Assembly: GCF_003334335.1 (NCBI RefSeq)
Contig: NZ_QOWQ01000077.1
Direction: 5' to 3' (one strand)
Length of the DNA: 5,196 nt
Origin: Escherichia coli
GTDB taxonomy: Bacteria > Pseudomonadota > Gammaproteobacteria > Enterobacterales > Enterobacteriaceae
Below the pieces are notes generated by a model. It saw nothing but the letters and a program-made list of their open reading frames with translations, made no database searches and was not told where the DNA came from. Below, piece by piece: positions 1 through 5,091 of this stretch; the stretch's first letter is position 1; each line of letters starts with the position of its first letter. Both the position numbers and the translations under genes were made by a program.

Positions 1-167
1 AAGCGTGTCTGGATGCTGTTCTGGAGTTCTTCTGCGAGTTCGTGCAGCTTCTCACACATGGTAGCCTGTTCGTCAGCATCGAGGGCGTCCAGCTTTTCGA
101 GCAGCGTCAGGCTTTGGCTTTTTATGAATCCTGCCATGTTGAGTACGGCTTGCTGCTGCTTGTTCAT
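1..167 (-). CDS. rom: Rom/Rop (RNA one modulator), 5-prime portion; the gene wraps the window boundary of the circular plasmid (start codon at 167, stop at 5092..5094)
   Basis: Reverse-complement translation from ATG (complement of 165..167) gives MNKQQQAVLNMAGFIKSQSLTLLEKLDALDADEQATMCEKLHELAEELQNSIQTR..., continuing across the junction to ...FEVENSTER* (64 aa). This matches the recalled ColE1/pBR322 Rop (63 aa; ...ALNMARFIRSQTLTLLEKLNELDADEQADICESLHDHADELY...). An in-frame stop lies 14 codons upstream of the ATG and a GGAG lies 11 nt upstream. Confidence 0.85.
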   Translation of the reverse strand, partial: MNKQQQAVLNMAGFIKSQSLTLLEKLDALDADEQATMCEKLHELAEELQNSIQTR

Positions 168-204
168 CTTTTCGTTTTCTCCGTTCTGTCTGTCATCTGC
201 GTTG

Positions 205-245
205 TGTGATTATATCGCGTACCACTTTTCGACTGTTTTACCGCC
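205..245 (-). promoter_or_regulatory. Putative rom promoter
   Basis: A perfect TATAAT on the - strand (complement of 209..214) lies about 45 nt upstream of the rom start. The -35 element is weak (AACAGT-like). Position is consistent with a rom promoter but is untested. Confidence 0.35.
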
Positions 246-299
246 GGTATTCTGCCGTCTGACGCTTTGACGGGTATTTCTGCCTGACAATACTGTCAC

Positions 300-420
300 T
301 GCCAAAAAACTGCCGTGCCTTTGTCGGTAATTCGAACTTGCTGACAGGACAGGATGTGTAATTGTTATACCGCGCATACATGCACGCTATTACAATTACC
401 CTGGTCAGGGCTTTGCCCCG
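300..420. other. bom/oriT-like region (basis of mobility)
   Basis: Lies between rom and the mbeC-like gene as in ColE1/pBR322. The segment gggctttgccccgacaccc (401..419) resembles the recalled pBR322 bom sequence ggctgcgccccgacacccgcc. An imperfect inverted repeat lies adjacent (358..399). The nic position is not determined. Confidence 0.5.
358..399. repeat. Imperfect inverted repeat (12-bp arms, 11/12 match, 18-bp spacer) within the oriT-like region
   Basis: Left arm gtaattgttata (358..369); right arm tattacaattac (388..399), whose reverse complement is gtaattgtaata. Read directly from the sequence. Confidence 0.6.
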
Positions 421-426
421 ACACCC

Positions 427-774
427 ATGTCAGATACGGAGCCATGTTTTATGACAAAACGAAGTGGAAGTAATACGCGCAGGCGGGCTATCAGTCGCCC
501 TGTTCGTCTGACGGCAGAAGAAGACCAGGAAATCAGAAAAAGGGCTGCTGAATGCGGCAAGACCGTTTCCGGTTTTTTACGGGCGGCAGCTCTCGGTAAG
601 AAAGTTAACTCACTGACTGATGATCGGGTACTGAAAGAAGTTATGAGACTGGGGGCGTTACAGAAAAAACTCTTTATCGACGGCAAGCGTGTCGGGGACA
701 GGGAGTATGCGGAGGTGCTGATCGCTATTACGGAGTATCACCGTGCCCTGTTATCCAGGCTTATGGCAGATTAG
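427..774 (+). CDS. MbeC/MobC-like mobilization accessory protein (ribbon-helix-helix nicking accessory factor)
   Basis: ORF of 115 aa immediately downstream of the bom/oriT-like sequence. The N-terminal region has the pattern RPVRLTAEEDQEIRKRAAECGKTVSGFLRAAAL, typical of RHH mobilization accessory proteins. A more likely start is the in-frame ATG at 451 (107 aa), which has GGAG at 438..441, 9 nt upstream. The C-terminal half does not show the motif I expect for the relaxase-interacting domain, so the family assignment is tentative. Confidence 0.6.
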   Translation: MSDTEPCFMTKRSGSNTRRRAISRPVRLTAEEDQEIRKRAAECGKTVSGFLRAAALGKKVNSLTDDRVLKEVMRLGALQKKLFIDGKRVGDREYAEVLIAITEYHRALLSRLMAD

Positions 775-848
775 CTTCCCGGAGAGAAAACTGTCGAAAA
801 CTGACGGTATGAACACCGTAAGCTCCCAAAGTGATCACCATTCGCTTT

Positions 849-866
849 CATGCATAGCTATGCAGC
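849..866. promoter_or_regulatory. Putative ArgR (ARG box) site within the cer accessory region
   Basis: Palindrome tgcatagctatgca (851..864) fits the TGnAT...ATnCA ARG-box half-site symmetry and sits about 110 bp upstream of the crossover core, where ArgR binds in ColE1 cer. Confidence 0.45.
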
Positions 867-964
867 GAGCTGAAAACGATCCTGACGCATCCTTCCTGTT
901 TTTCCGGGGTAAAACATCTCTTTTTGCGGTGTCTGCGTCAGAATCGCGTTCAGCGCGTTTCAGT

Positions 965-994
965 GGTGCGTACAATTAAGGGATTATGGTAAAT
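965..994. other. XerC/XerD recombination core site of cer
   Basis: ggtgcgtacaa (965..975), ttaaggga (976..983), ttatggtaaat (984..994), read directly. Confidence 0.85.
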
Positions 995-997
995 CCC

Positions 998-1426
998 TTA
1001 CTGTCTGCCCTCGTATCCATCGAGATAAACCGCAGAAATGGTGTCTGCCATTAGTTTCATTTTTTTCGGCGAAGGCATATCGCTGTTTGTGTATTTTCTG
1101 CCAGCAAAGGTTGTTGTGCTCCGGAGTGAGTGAAAAAATTTTTCTGAGTGGAATTCTTTTACACGTTGCTGTGCCGTTTCTGCTGATACTCCGGCTGCTT
1201 TGTCTTTCATCCCCATATCCCGGAACTGCTGAAAGAACGGGAGCATCATACGTATGGTGTCTGCTTTCTGGGTGTAGAAGTTAGGATCAAATCCATCATC
1301 TGAAGCATAAACATAATGCCGGGTATGTCGTTCCAGGCTGGTCTTTGGTGTGCATCCTGTAAGAGCTATTGTTGCTGTTATCAGAGGTATCAGAAGCAGC
1401 CTGGCAGCGGCAGATCTCATAAACAT
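998..1426 (-). CDS. Hypothetical lipoprotein (142 aa), function unknown
   Basis: The N-terminus MFMRSAAARLLLIPLITATIALTGC has a positively charged n-region, a hydrophobic core and an LTGC lipobox, indicating a signal peptidase II substrate. The mature part is hydrophilic. I recognise no family. The stop codon lies 3 bp from the cer XerD arm. Confidence 0.6.
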   Translation of the reverse strand: MFMRSAAARLLLIPLITATIALTGCTPKTSLERHTRHYVYASDDGFDPNFYTQKADTIRMMLPFFQQFRDMGMKDKAAGVSAETAQQRVKEFHSEKFFHSLRSTTTFAGRKYTNSDMPSPKKMKLMADTISAVYLDGYEGRQ

Positions 1427-1541
1427 CTCCTTGCGTTTTTAATCTTGATACTCAGGGAGTTATATCTCCGAAGAGTATCTCTTATCATACGTCGGTTTAC
1501 TCCCAATGTGATTTGATGGTCAATGAGTCAGGAATAATCCC

Positions 1542-1820
1542 GTGAAAAAATGTGTGCCAGTCCTGCTTTTTAGTGTTCTTTCTGCTTCGGTTGCCAGTCA
1601 TGCGGACAGCAATGTTTTTCAACAAAAGGCCGAGAAGACAAAAAACGGCATTGTTGCGGATGTTAATGCCAGACAGAAAATGTTCAGTAACAGACTGAAG
1701 ATACAACTTCAGATCGATGAGTTGAGAGCAGAGCTGGCTGGCACCAGAGATGCCCAAAAAAGAGAGGATTTGCGTAAAAAACTGGAGTCTCTGGAGCGGC
1801 AAAAGAAATCCTTACGCTGA
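1542..1820 (+). CDS. Hypothetical secreted or periplasmic small protein (92 aa), charged and probably helical
   Basis: GTG start with AGGA about 7 nt upstream. Signal peptide MKKCVPVLLFSVLSASVASHA with an AxA-like cleavage site (SHA|D). The mature ~71 aa are K/E/R/Q-rich with heptad-like spacing (QLQIDELRAELAGTRDAQKREDLRKKLESLERQKK). Divergently arranged with the lipoprotein gene across a 115-bp intergenic region. Confidence 0.5.
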   Translation: MKKCVPVLLFSVLSASVASHADSNVFQQKAEKTKNGIVADVNARQKMFSNRLKIQLQIDELRAELAGTRDAQKREDLRKKLESLERQKKSLR

Positions 1821-2129
1821 TGGGGGCGTATTTTCCCCGGTTTCTTCCATAACCTTTTTACCGTTCAGATATTTACGGGCGAGGCGAATGCGTCTTGCCT
1901 GGTATACCGCCGAGTAAGCCTGGGTGGGATTCACACCATTACTGATTTCACTGACCACATGACGCTGATCTGCCAGTGTCAGCGTGTAAACCTGTTTCTG
2001 GATGAGGTCACGGGCTTTGTCATGCTCATATCCGGCAGCAACAAGGGTGTCGAGAAGTCGTTTGTCTGTTTTGTTCAGTTTATGGCGGGGTGATTTGCTC
2101 ACATCGTTCTCCGTTTTTTCATGATCCAA
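1812..2129 (-). CDS. Hypothetical basic protein (105 aa), putative DNA-binding (HTH-like)
   Basis: ORF convergent with the 1542..1820 gene (9-bp overlap) and divergent from the colicin promoter. The segment DKRLLDTLVAAGYEHDKARDLIQ looks like a helix-turn-helix. An alternative start is GTG at 2102, preceded by GGAG. No family recognised. Confidence 0.45.
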   Translation of the reverse strand: MDHEKTENDVSKSPRHKLNKTDKRLLDTLVAAGYEHDKARDLIQKQVYTLTLADQRHVVSEISNGVNPTQAYSAVYQARRIRLARKYLNGKKVMEETGENTPPSA

Positions 2130-2199
2130 CAGTTTTATATCTCATCCTGATTTGCTCCGGTGTTCTGTTTCGACGTTCTCAATGCCTGCCTCCCCATAG

Positions 2200-2216
2200 T
2201 GTGATCCTTATTGCAA
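2200..2216. promoter_or_regulatory. Possible CRP-binding half-site upstream of the colicin promoter
   Basis: tgtgatccttattgcaa has TGTGA, a 6-nt spacer, then TTGCA (3/5 match to TCACA), centred about 60 nt upstream of the predicted transcription start. Colicin E1 expression is known to be catabolite-sensitive. The match is weak. Confidence 0.25.
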
Positions 2217-2234
2217 AAATGAAAATCCATGCTC

Positions 2235-2263
2235 TTGACATGGACAATGCTGAATAGTAGGTT
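2235..2263 (+). promoter_or_regulatory. Colicin operon promoter
   Basis: Perfect -35 TTGACA at 2235..2240, a 17-bp spacer, and a -10-like TAGGTT at 2258..2263, immediately upstream of the LexA boxes. Confidence 0.55.
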
Positions 2264-2267
2264 TTTG

Positions 2268-2298
2268 CTGTACATAAAACCAGTGGTTATATGTACAG
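2268..2298. promoter_or_regulatory. Tandem overlapping LexA (SOS) boxes
   Basis: CTGTACATAAAACCAG (2268..2283) overlaps a second box read on the bottom strand, CTGTACATATAACCAC (2283..2298). This dual-box arrangement is characteristic of colicin promoters and nearly identical to the recalled colicin E1 operator. Confidence 0.85.
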
Positions 2299-2346
2299 TA
2301 TGTTGTTTTTAATTTATTGTTTTAATTATCAAAGAGGAATTTCTTT

Positions 2347-3819
2347 ATGGATAAAGTCACTGATAATTCTCCAGATGTGGAGAGCACAGAATCTACTGAG
2401 GGGTCATTCCCAACTGTTGGGGTTGATACTGGCGATACGATTACAGCGACGCTTGCAACTGGAACTGAAAATGTTGGTGGAGGCGGTGGAGCATTTGGTG
2501 GGGCCAGTGAAAGTTCTGCTGCGATACATGCAACCGCTAAATGGTCTACCGCGCAGTTGAAAAAACATCAGGCTGAACAGGCTGCCCGTGCTGCTGCGGC
2601 TGAGGCAGCATTGGCAAAAGCGAAATCTCAGCGTGATGCCCTGACTCAACGTCTCAAGGATATTGTTAATGACGCTTTACGTGCTAATGCCGCTCGTAGT
2701 CCATCAGTAACTGACCTTGCTCATGCCAATAATATGGCAATGCAGGCAGAGGCTGAGCGTTTGCGCCTTGCGAAGGCAGAGCAAAAAGCCCGTGAAGAAG
2801 CTGAAGCAGCAGAAAAAGCGCTCCGGGAAGCAGAACGCCAACGTGATGAGATTGCCCGCCAACAGGCTGAAACCGCGCATTTGTTAGCAATGGCGGAGGC
2901 AGCAGAGGCTGAGAAAAATCGACAGGATTCTCTTGATGAAGAGCATCGGGCTGTGGAAGTGGCAGAGAAGAAGCTGGCTGAGGCTAAAGCTGAACTGGCG
3001 AAGGCCGAAAGCGATGTACAGAGTAAGCAAGCGATTGTTTCCAGAGTTGCAGGGGAGCTTGAAAACGCTCAAAAAAGTGTTGATGTGAAGGTTACTGGAT
3101 TTCCTGGATGGCGTGATGTTCAGAAAAAACTGGAGAGACAATTGCAGGATAAGAAGAATGAATATTCGTCAGTGACGAATGCTCTTAATTCTGCGGTTAG
3201 CATTAGAGATGCTAAAAAAACAGATGTTCAGAATGCTGAGATAAAATTAAAAGAAGCTAAGGATGCTCTTGAGAAGAGTCAGGTAAAAGACTCTGTTGAT
3301 ACTATGGTTGGGTTTTATCAATATATAACCGAACAATATGGGGAAAAATATTCCAGAATAGCTCAGGATTTAGCTGAAAAGGCGAAGGGTAGTAAATTTA
3401 GTAGTGTTGATGAAGCTCTTGCTGCATTTGAAAAGTATAAAAATGTACTGGATAAGAAAATCAGTAAGGTTGATCGGGATGCTATTTTTAATGCGTTAGA
3501 GTCTGTTAATTATGATGAGTTATCTAAGAATTTAACGAAGATATCAAAGTCGCTTAAAATCACTAGTCGAGTATCTTTTCTATATGATGTTGGTTCTGAT
3601 TTTAAAAATGCAATAGAAACTGGTAACTGGCGACCTTTGTTTGTCACGCTGGAGAAAAGTGCGGTCGATGTAGGTGTGGCAAAAATTGTGGCATTAATGT
3701 TTAGTTTTATTGTTGGTGTGCCTCTTGGTTTCTGGGGGATTGCAATTGTCACAGGTATTGTTTCTTCTTACATAGGGGATGATGAGTTGAACAAACTTAA
3801 TGAGTTGTTAGGGATTTAA
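2347..3819 (+). CDS. cta: Pore-forming colicin, colicin E1 family (490 aa); best recalled match is colicin 10
   Basis: AGAGGA lies 9 nt upstream of the ATG. Residues ~55-130 ([29 protein letters not shown]...[16 protein letters not shown]...[31 protein letters not shown]) and the C-terminal channel domain (YGEKYS...[28 protein letters not shown]...LKIT..VSF.YDV.SD...TG.W.PLF.TLEK.A.D.GV...VAL.FS...[15 protein letters not shown]....LN..NE.LGI) closely parallel the recalled colicin E1 sequence. The N-terminal ~50 aa and the central region differ. The 490-aa length, the 96-aa immunity protein and the 43-aa lysis protein fit my recollection of colicin 10, but colicin 5 or a close relative cannot be excluded without a search. 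Confidence 0.85.
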   Translation: MDKVTDNSPDVESTESTEGSFPTVGVDTGDTITATLATGTENVGGGGGAFGGASESSAAIHATAKWSTAQLKKHQAEQAARAAAAEAALAKAKSQRDALTQRLKDIVNDALRANAARSPSVTDLAHANNMAMQAEAERLRLAKAEQKAREEAEAAEKALREAERQRDEIARQQAETAHLLAMAEAAEAEKNRQDSLDEEHRAVEVAEKKLAEAKAELAKAESDVQSKQAIVSRVAGELENAQKSVDVKVTGFPGWRDVQKKLERQLQDKKNEYSSVTNALNSAVSIRDAKKTDVQNAEIKLKEAKDALEKSQVKDSVDTMVGFYQYITEQYGEKYSRIAQDLAEKAKGSKFSSVDEALAAFEKYKNVLDKKISKVDRDAIFNALESVNYDELSKNLTKISKSLKITSRVSFLYDVGSDFKNAIETGNWRPLFVTLEKSAVDVGVAKIVALMFSFIVGVPLGFWGIAIVTGIVSSYIGDDELNKLNELLGI

Positions 3820-4106
3820 TTTCTCTTTAGAGTGTAATATATGAAACTTGGCAATCCTACTGGGATTGCCATTAATAAATAAAACAATGCAGATAACTTG
3901 CATAAGTACCAGGGTTCTTTTTTTAACTTTGTATTTTCTTTGATATATCTAGATATGGTTAATTTAGAGTATGGATATAGCAATACATGTATTGATGATA
4001 TAAATATAAATAACAAAGGAGTGTTATCATTGTCGTTAAATATTAAAATAAGAATCCATGGTATAAGTGATTCAGGTAAATTATGTAGGTAGTATTTTAA
4101 ATGCAT
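3816..4106 (-). CDS. cti: Pore-forming colicin immunity protein, E1 type (96 aa, integral membrane)
   Basis: Convergent with the colicin gene; the two stop codons overlap at 3816..3819. The protein is very hydrophobic and AT-rich in codon usage, with about three predicted transmembrane segments. Motifs [15 protein letters not shown] and [14 protein letters not shown] resemble the recalled colicin E1 immunity protein (...CPYSKYAIEHIF..., ...LAIPFGLLGLVY...). Confidence 0.8.
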   Translation of the reverse strand: MHLKYYLHNLPESLIPWILILIFNDNDNTPLLFIFISSIHVLLYPYSKLTISRYIKENTKLKKEPWYLCKLSALFYLLMAIPVGLPSFIYYTLKRN

Positions 4107-4135
4107 AAGTATTTTTACTTTTGTTGGAAAGAAAT

Positions 4136-4267
4136 ATGAAAATAATAATTTTTCTAATTACAATATTATTCTTGTCAGGATGTCAAGCAAACTATATTCG
4201 TGATGTGCAAGGAGGAACCGTTGCACCATCTTCGTCTTCTGAACTGACGGGGATCGCGGTTCAGTAG
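4136..4267 (+). CDS. ctl: Colicin lysis (release) lipoprotein, 43 aa
   Basis: Not in the supplied ORF track (too short). Hand translation gives [43 protein letters not shown], with GGAAAG 5-10 nt upstream of the ATG. Signal peptide plus LSGC lipobox and a short mature peptide are typical of colicin lysis proteins. It sits downstream of the immunity gene on the colicin strand, as kil does in ColE1. Confidence 0.8.
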   Translation: MKIIIFLITILFLSGCQANYIRDVQGGTVAPSSSSELTGIAVQ

Positions 4268-4275
4268 AAAAGATC

Positions 4276-4302
4276 AAAGGATCTTCTTGAGATCCTTTTT
4301 TT
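4276..4302 (+). terminator. Rho-independent terminator of the colicin-lysis operon
   Basis: Hairpin aaaggatct / agatccttt with a 5-nt loop, followed by a T7 run (4295..4302), immediately after the lysis gene stop. Confidence 0.65.
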
Positions 4303-4316
4303 CTGCGCGTAATCTG
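4287..4316 (+). promoter_or_regulatory. RNA II (replication primer) promoter
   Basis: -35 TTGAGA (4287..4292), 17-bp spacer, -10 TAATCT (4310..4315). The segment tcttgagatcctttttttctgcgcgtaatctgctgc is essentially identical to the recalled pMB1/ColE1 sequence upstream of the RNA II start. Confidence 0.65.
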
Positions 4317-4321
4317 CTGCC

Positions 4322-4429
4322 TGTAAACGAAAAAACCGCCTGGGGAGGCGGTTTAGTCGAAGGTTAAGTCAGTTGGGGACTGCTTAACCGGGTAACTGGC
4401 TTTAGTGGAGCACAGATACCAAATGCTGT
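4322..4429 (-). ncRNA. RNA I antisense copy-number control RNA (about 108 nt)
   Basis: The 5-prime end ACAGCAUUUGGUAUCUGUGCUCC... is the complement of 4429 downward and is homologous to the pMB1 RNA I start ACAGUAUUUGGUAUCUGCGCUCUG. The 3-prime end is the hairpin plus U-run complementary to aaaaaaccgcctggggaggcggttt at 4327..4351. Confidence 0.75.
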
Positions 4430-4865
4430 CCTTCCAGTGTAGCCGCTATAAGGCTTCAACTTCAAGAGTTCTGCGTATCTAAATCCACTATCCAGTTACC
4501 AATGGCTGCTGCCAGTGGCGTTAAGTCGTGTCTTACCGGGTTGGACTCAAGACGATAGTTACCGGATAAGGCGCAGCGGTCGGGCTGAACGGGGGGTTCG
4601 TGCACACAGCCCAGCTTGGAGCGAACGACCTACACCGAACTGAGATACCAACAGCGTGAGCTATGAGAAAGCGCCACGCTTCCCGAAGGGAGAAAGGCGG
4701 ACAGGTATCCGGTAAGCGGCAGGGTCGGAACAGGAGAGCGCACGAGGGAGCTTCCGGGGGGAAACGCCTGGTATCTTTATAGTCCTGTCGGGTTTCGCCA
4801 CCTCTGGCTTGAGCGTCGATTTTTGTGATGCTCGTCAGGGGGGCGGAGCCTATGGAAAAACGCCT
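4323..4865 (+). ncRNA. RNA II pre-primer of the ColE1-type origin
   Basis: Starts at gtaaacgaaaaaacc..., homologous to the pMB1 RNA II start gcaaacaaaaaaacc.... The 5-prime ~110 nt are diverged from pMB1, then the sequence is near-identical to pBR322/pUC from about 4500 onward (ccagtggctgctgccagtggcg.taagtcgtgtcttaccgggttggactcaagacgatagttaccggataaggcgcagcggtcgggctgaacggggggttcgtgcacacagcccagcttggagcgaacgacctacaccgaactgagatacc...). The 3-prime end is approximate. Confidence 0.8.
4437..4465 (-). promoter_or_regulatory. RNA I promoter
   Basis: On the - strand: -35 TTGAAG (complement of 4460..4465), 17-bp spacer, -10 CTACAC (complement of 4437..4442), 7 nt before the RNA I start. Same architecture as the recalled pMB1 RNA I promoter. 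Confidence 0.6.
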
Positions 4866-4870
4866 GCGGC
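4850..4870 (+). other. Origin of replication (RNA II to DNA transition point, oriV)
   Basis: ggcggagcctatggaaaaacgcc is identical to the pBR322 sequence surrounding the mapped leading-strand start. The downstream 4900..5036 (tcacatgttctttcc...gcggaagagcgcc) is near-identical to the pBR322 region carrying the primosome assembly site. Confidence 0.7.
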
Positions 4871-5091
4871 GCGGGCTTCTTCCGGTGCTTTGCTTTTTGC
4901 TCACATGTTCTTTCCGGCTTTATCCCCTGATTCTGTGGATAACCGTATTACTGCTTTTGAGTGAGCTGACACCGCTCGCCGCAGTCGAACGTCCGAGCGT
5001 AGCGAGTCAGTGAGCGAGGAAGCGGAAGAGCGCCTTATGTGACATTTTCTCCTTACGCTCTGTTGTGCCGTTCGGCATCCTGTCCTGAGCG

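Larger units (their letters stand above)
780..994. other. cer-type plasmid multimer resolution site (accessory sequences plus XerCD core)
   Basis: The core GGTGCGTACAA-TTAAGGGA-TTATGGTAAAT at 965..994 matches the recalled ColE1 cer XerC arm, 8-bp spacer and XerD arm, and the flanking ...cccttactgtctgccctcgta.ccatcgagataaacc also matches. The accessory region extends about 200 bp upstream; its left boundary is approximate. Confidence 0.8.

Noticed and set aside
13-270. 85-aa + strand ORF (MLFWSSSASSCSFSHM...)
   Set aside because: It lies antisense to the well-supported rom gene and its promoter, has a low-complexity serine- and cysteine-rich product, and has no ribosome-binding site. It is an artefact of the open reading frame opposite rom.
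405-686. 93-aa - strand ORF antisense to the mbeC-like gene
   Set aside because: It lies entirely within and opposite the better-supported + strand RHH protein gene, with no RBS or recognisable features.
831-857. Possible remnant of the mbeA relaxase start (GTG ATC ACC ATT CGC TTT CAT GCA TAG = VITIRFHA*, compared with recalled ColE1 MbeA MIVKFHARG...)
   Set aside because: Only about 4 of 8 residues match, and the same bases form the palindromic ARG-box-like element of cer. The resemblance is too short to distinguish from chance without an alignment to ColE1 DNA.
743-979. 78-aa + strand ORF overlapping the cer site
   Set aside because: It covers the ArgR box and XerCD core of a well-conserved recombination site, and the product has no recognisable features. 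It is most likely non-coding (the region is expected to produce the Rcd RNA instead).
1087-1516. + strand ORFs of 65 aa (1087..1284) and 66 aa (1316..1516)
   Set aside because: Both are antisense to, or overlap, the lipoprotein gene and its upstream region. The products are cysteine- and leucine-rich low-complexity sequences typical of non-coding frames.
1497-1802. 101-aa - strand ORF antisense to the secreted-protein gene
   Set aside because: It fully overlaps the + strand gene that has a convincing signal peptide and RBS. It has no features of its own.
2291-3752. Five ORFs nested in or overlapping the colicin gene (2291..2560 +, 2404..2649 -, 2684..2890 -, 2884..3141 -, 3510..3752 -)
   Set aside because: All are alternative-frame or antisense ORFs inside a colicin coding sequence strongly supported by homology. 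They are frame artefacts.
3898-4092. 64-aa + strand ORF between the colicin and lysis genes
   Set aside because: It is antisense to the immunity gene, whose product matches the E1-type immunity protein. The region is very AT-rich, which generates spurious open frames.
4533-5013. 123-aa - strand ORF (4533..4904) and 62-aa + strand ORF (4825..5013) over the replication origin
   Set aside because: This region is near-identical to the non-coding pBR322/pMB1 origin (RNA II template, origin, primosome assembly site). ColE1-type origins encode no protein here.
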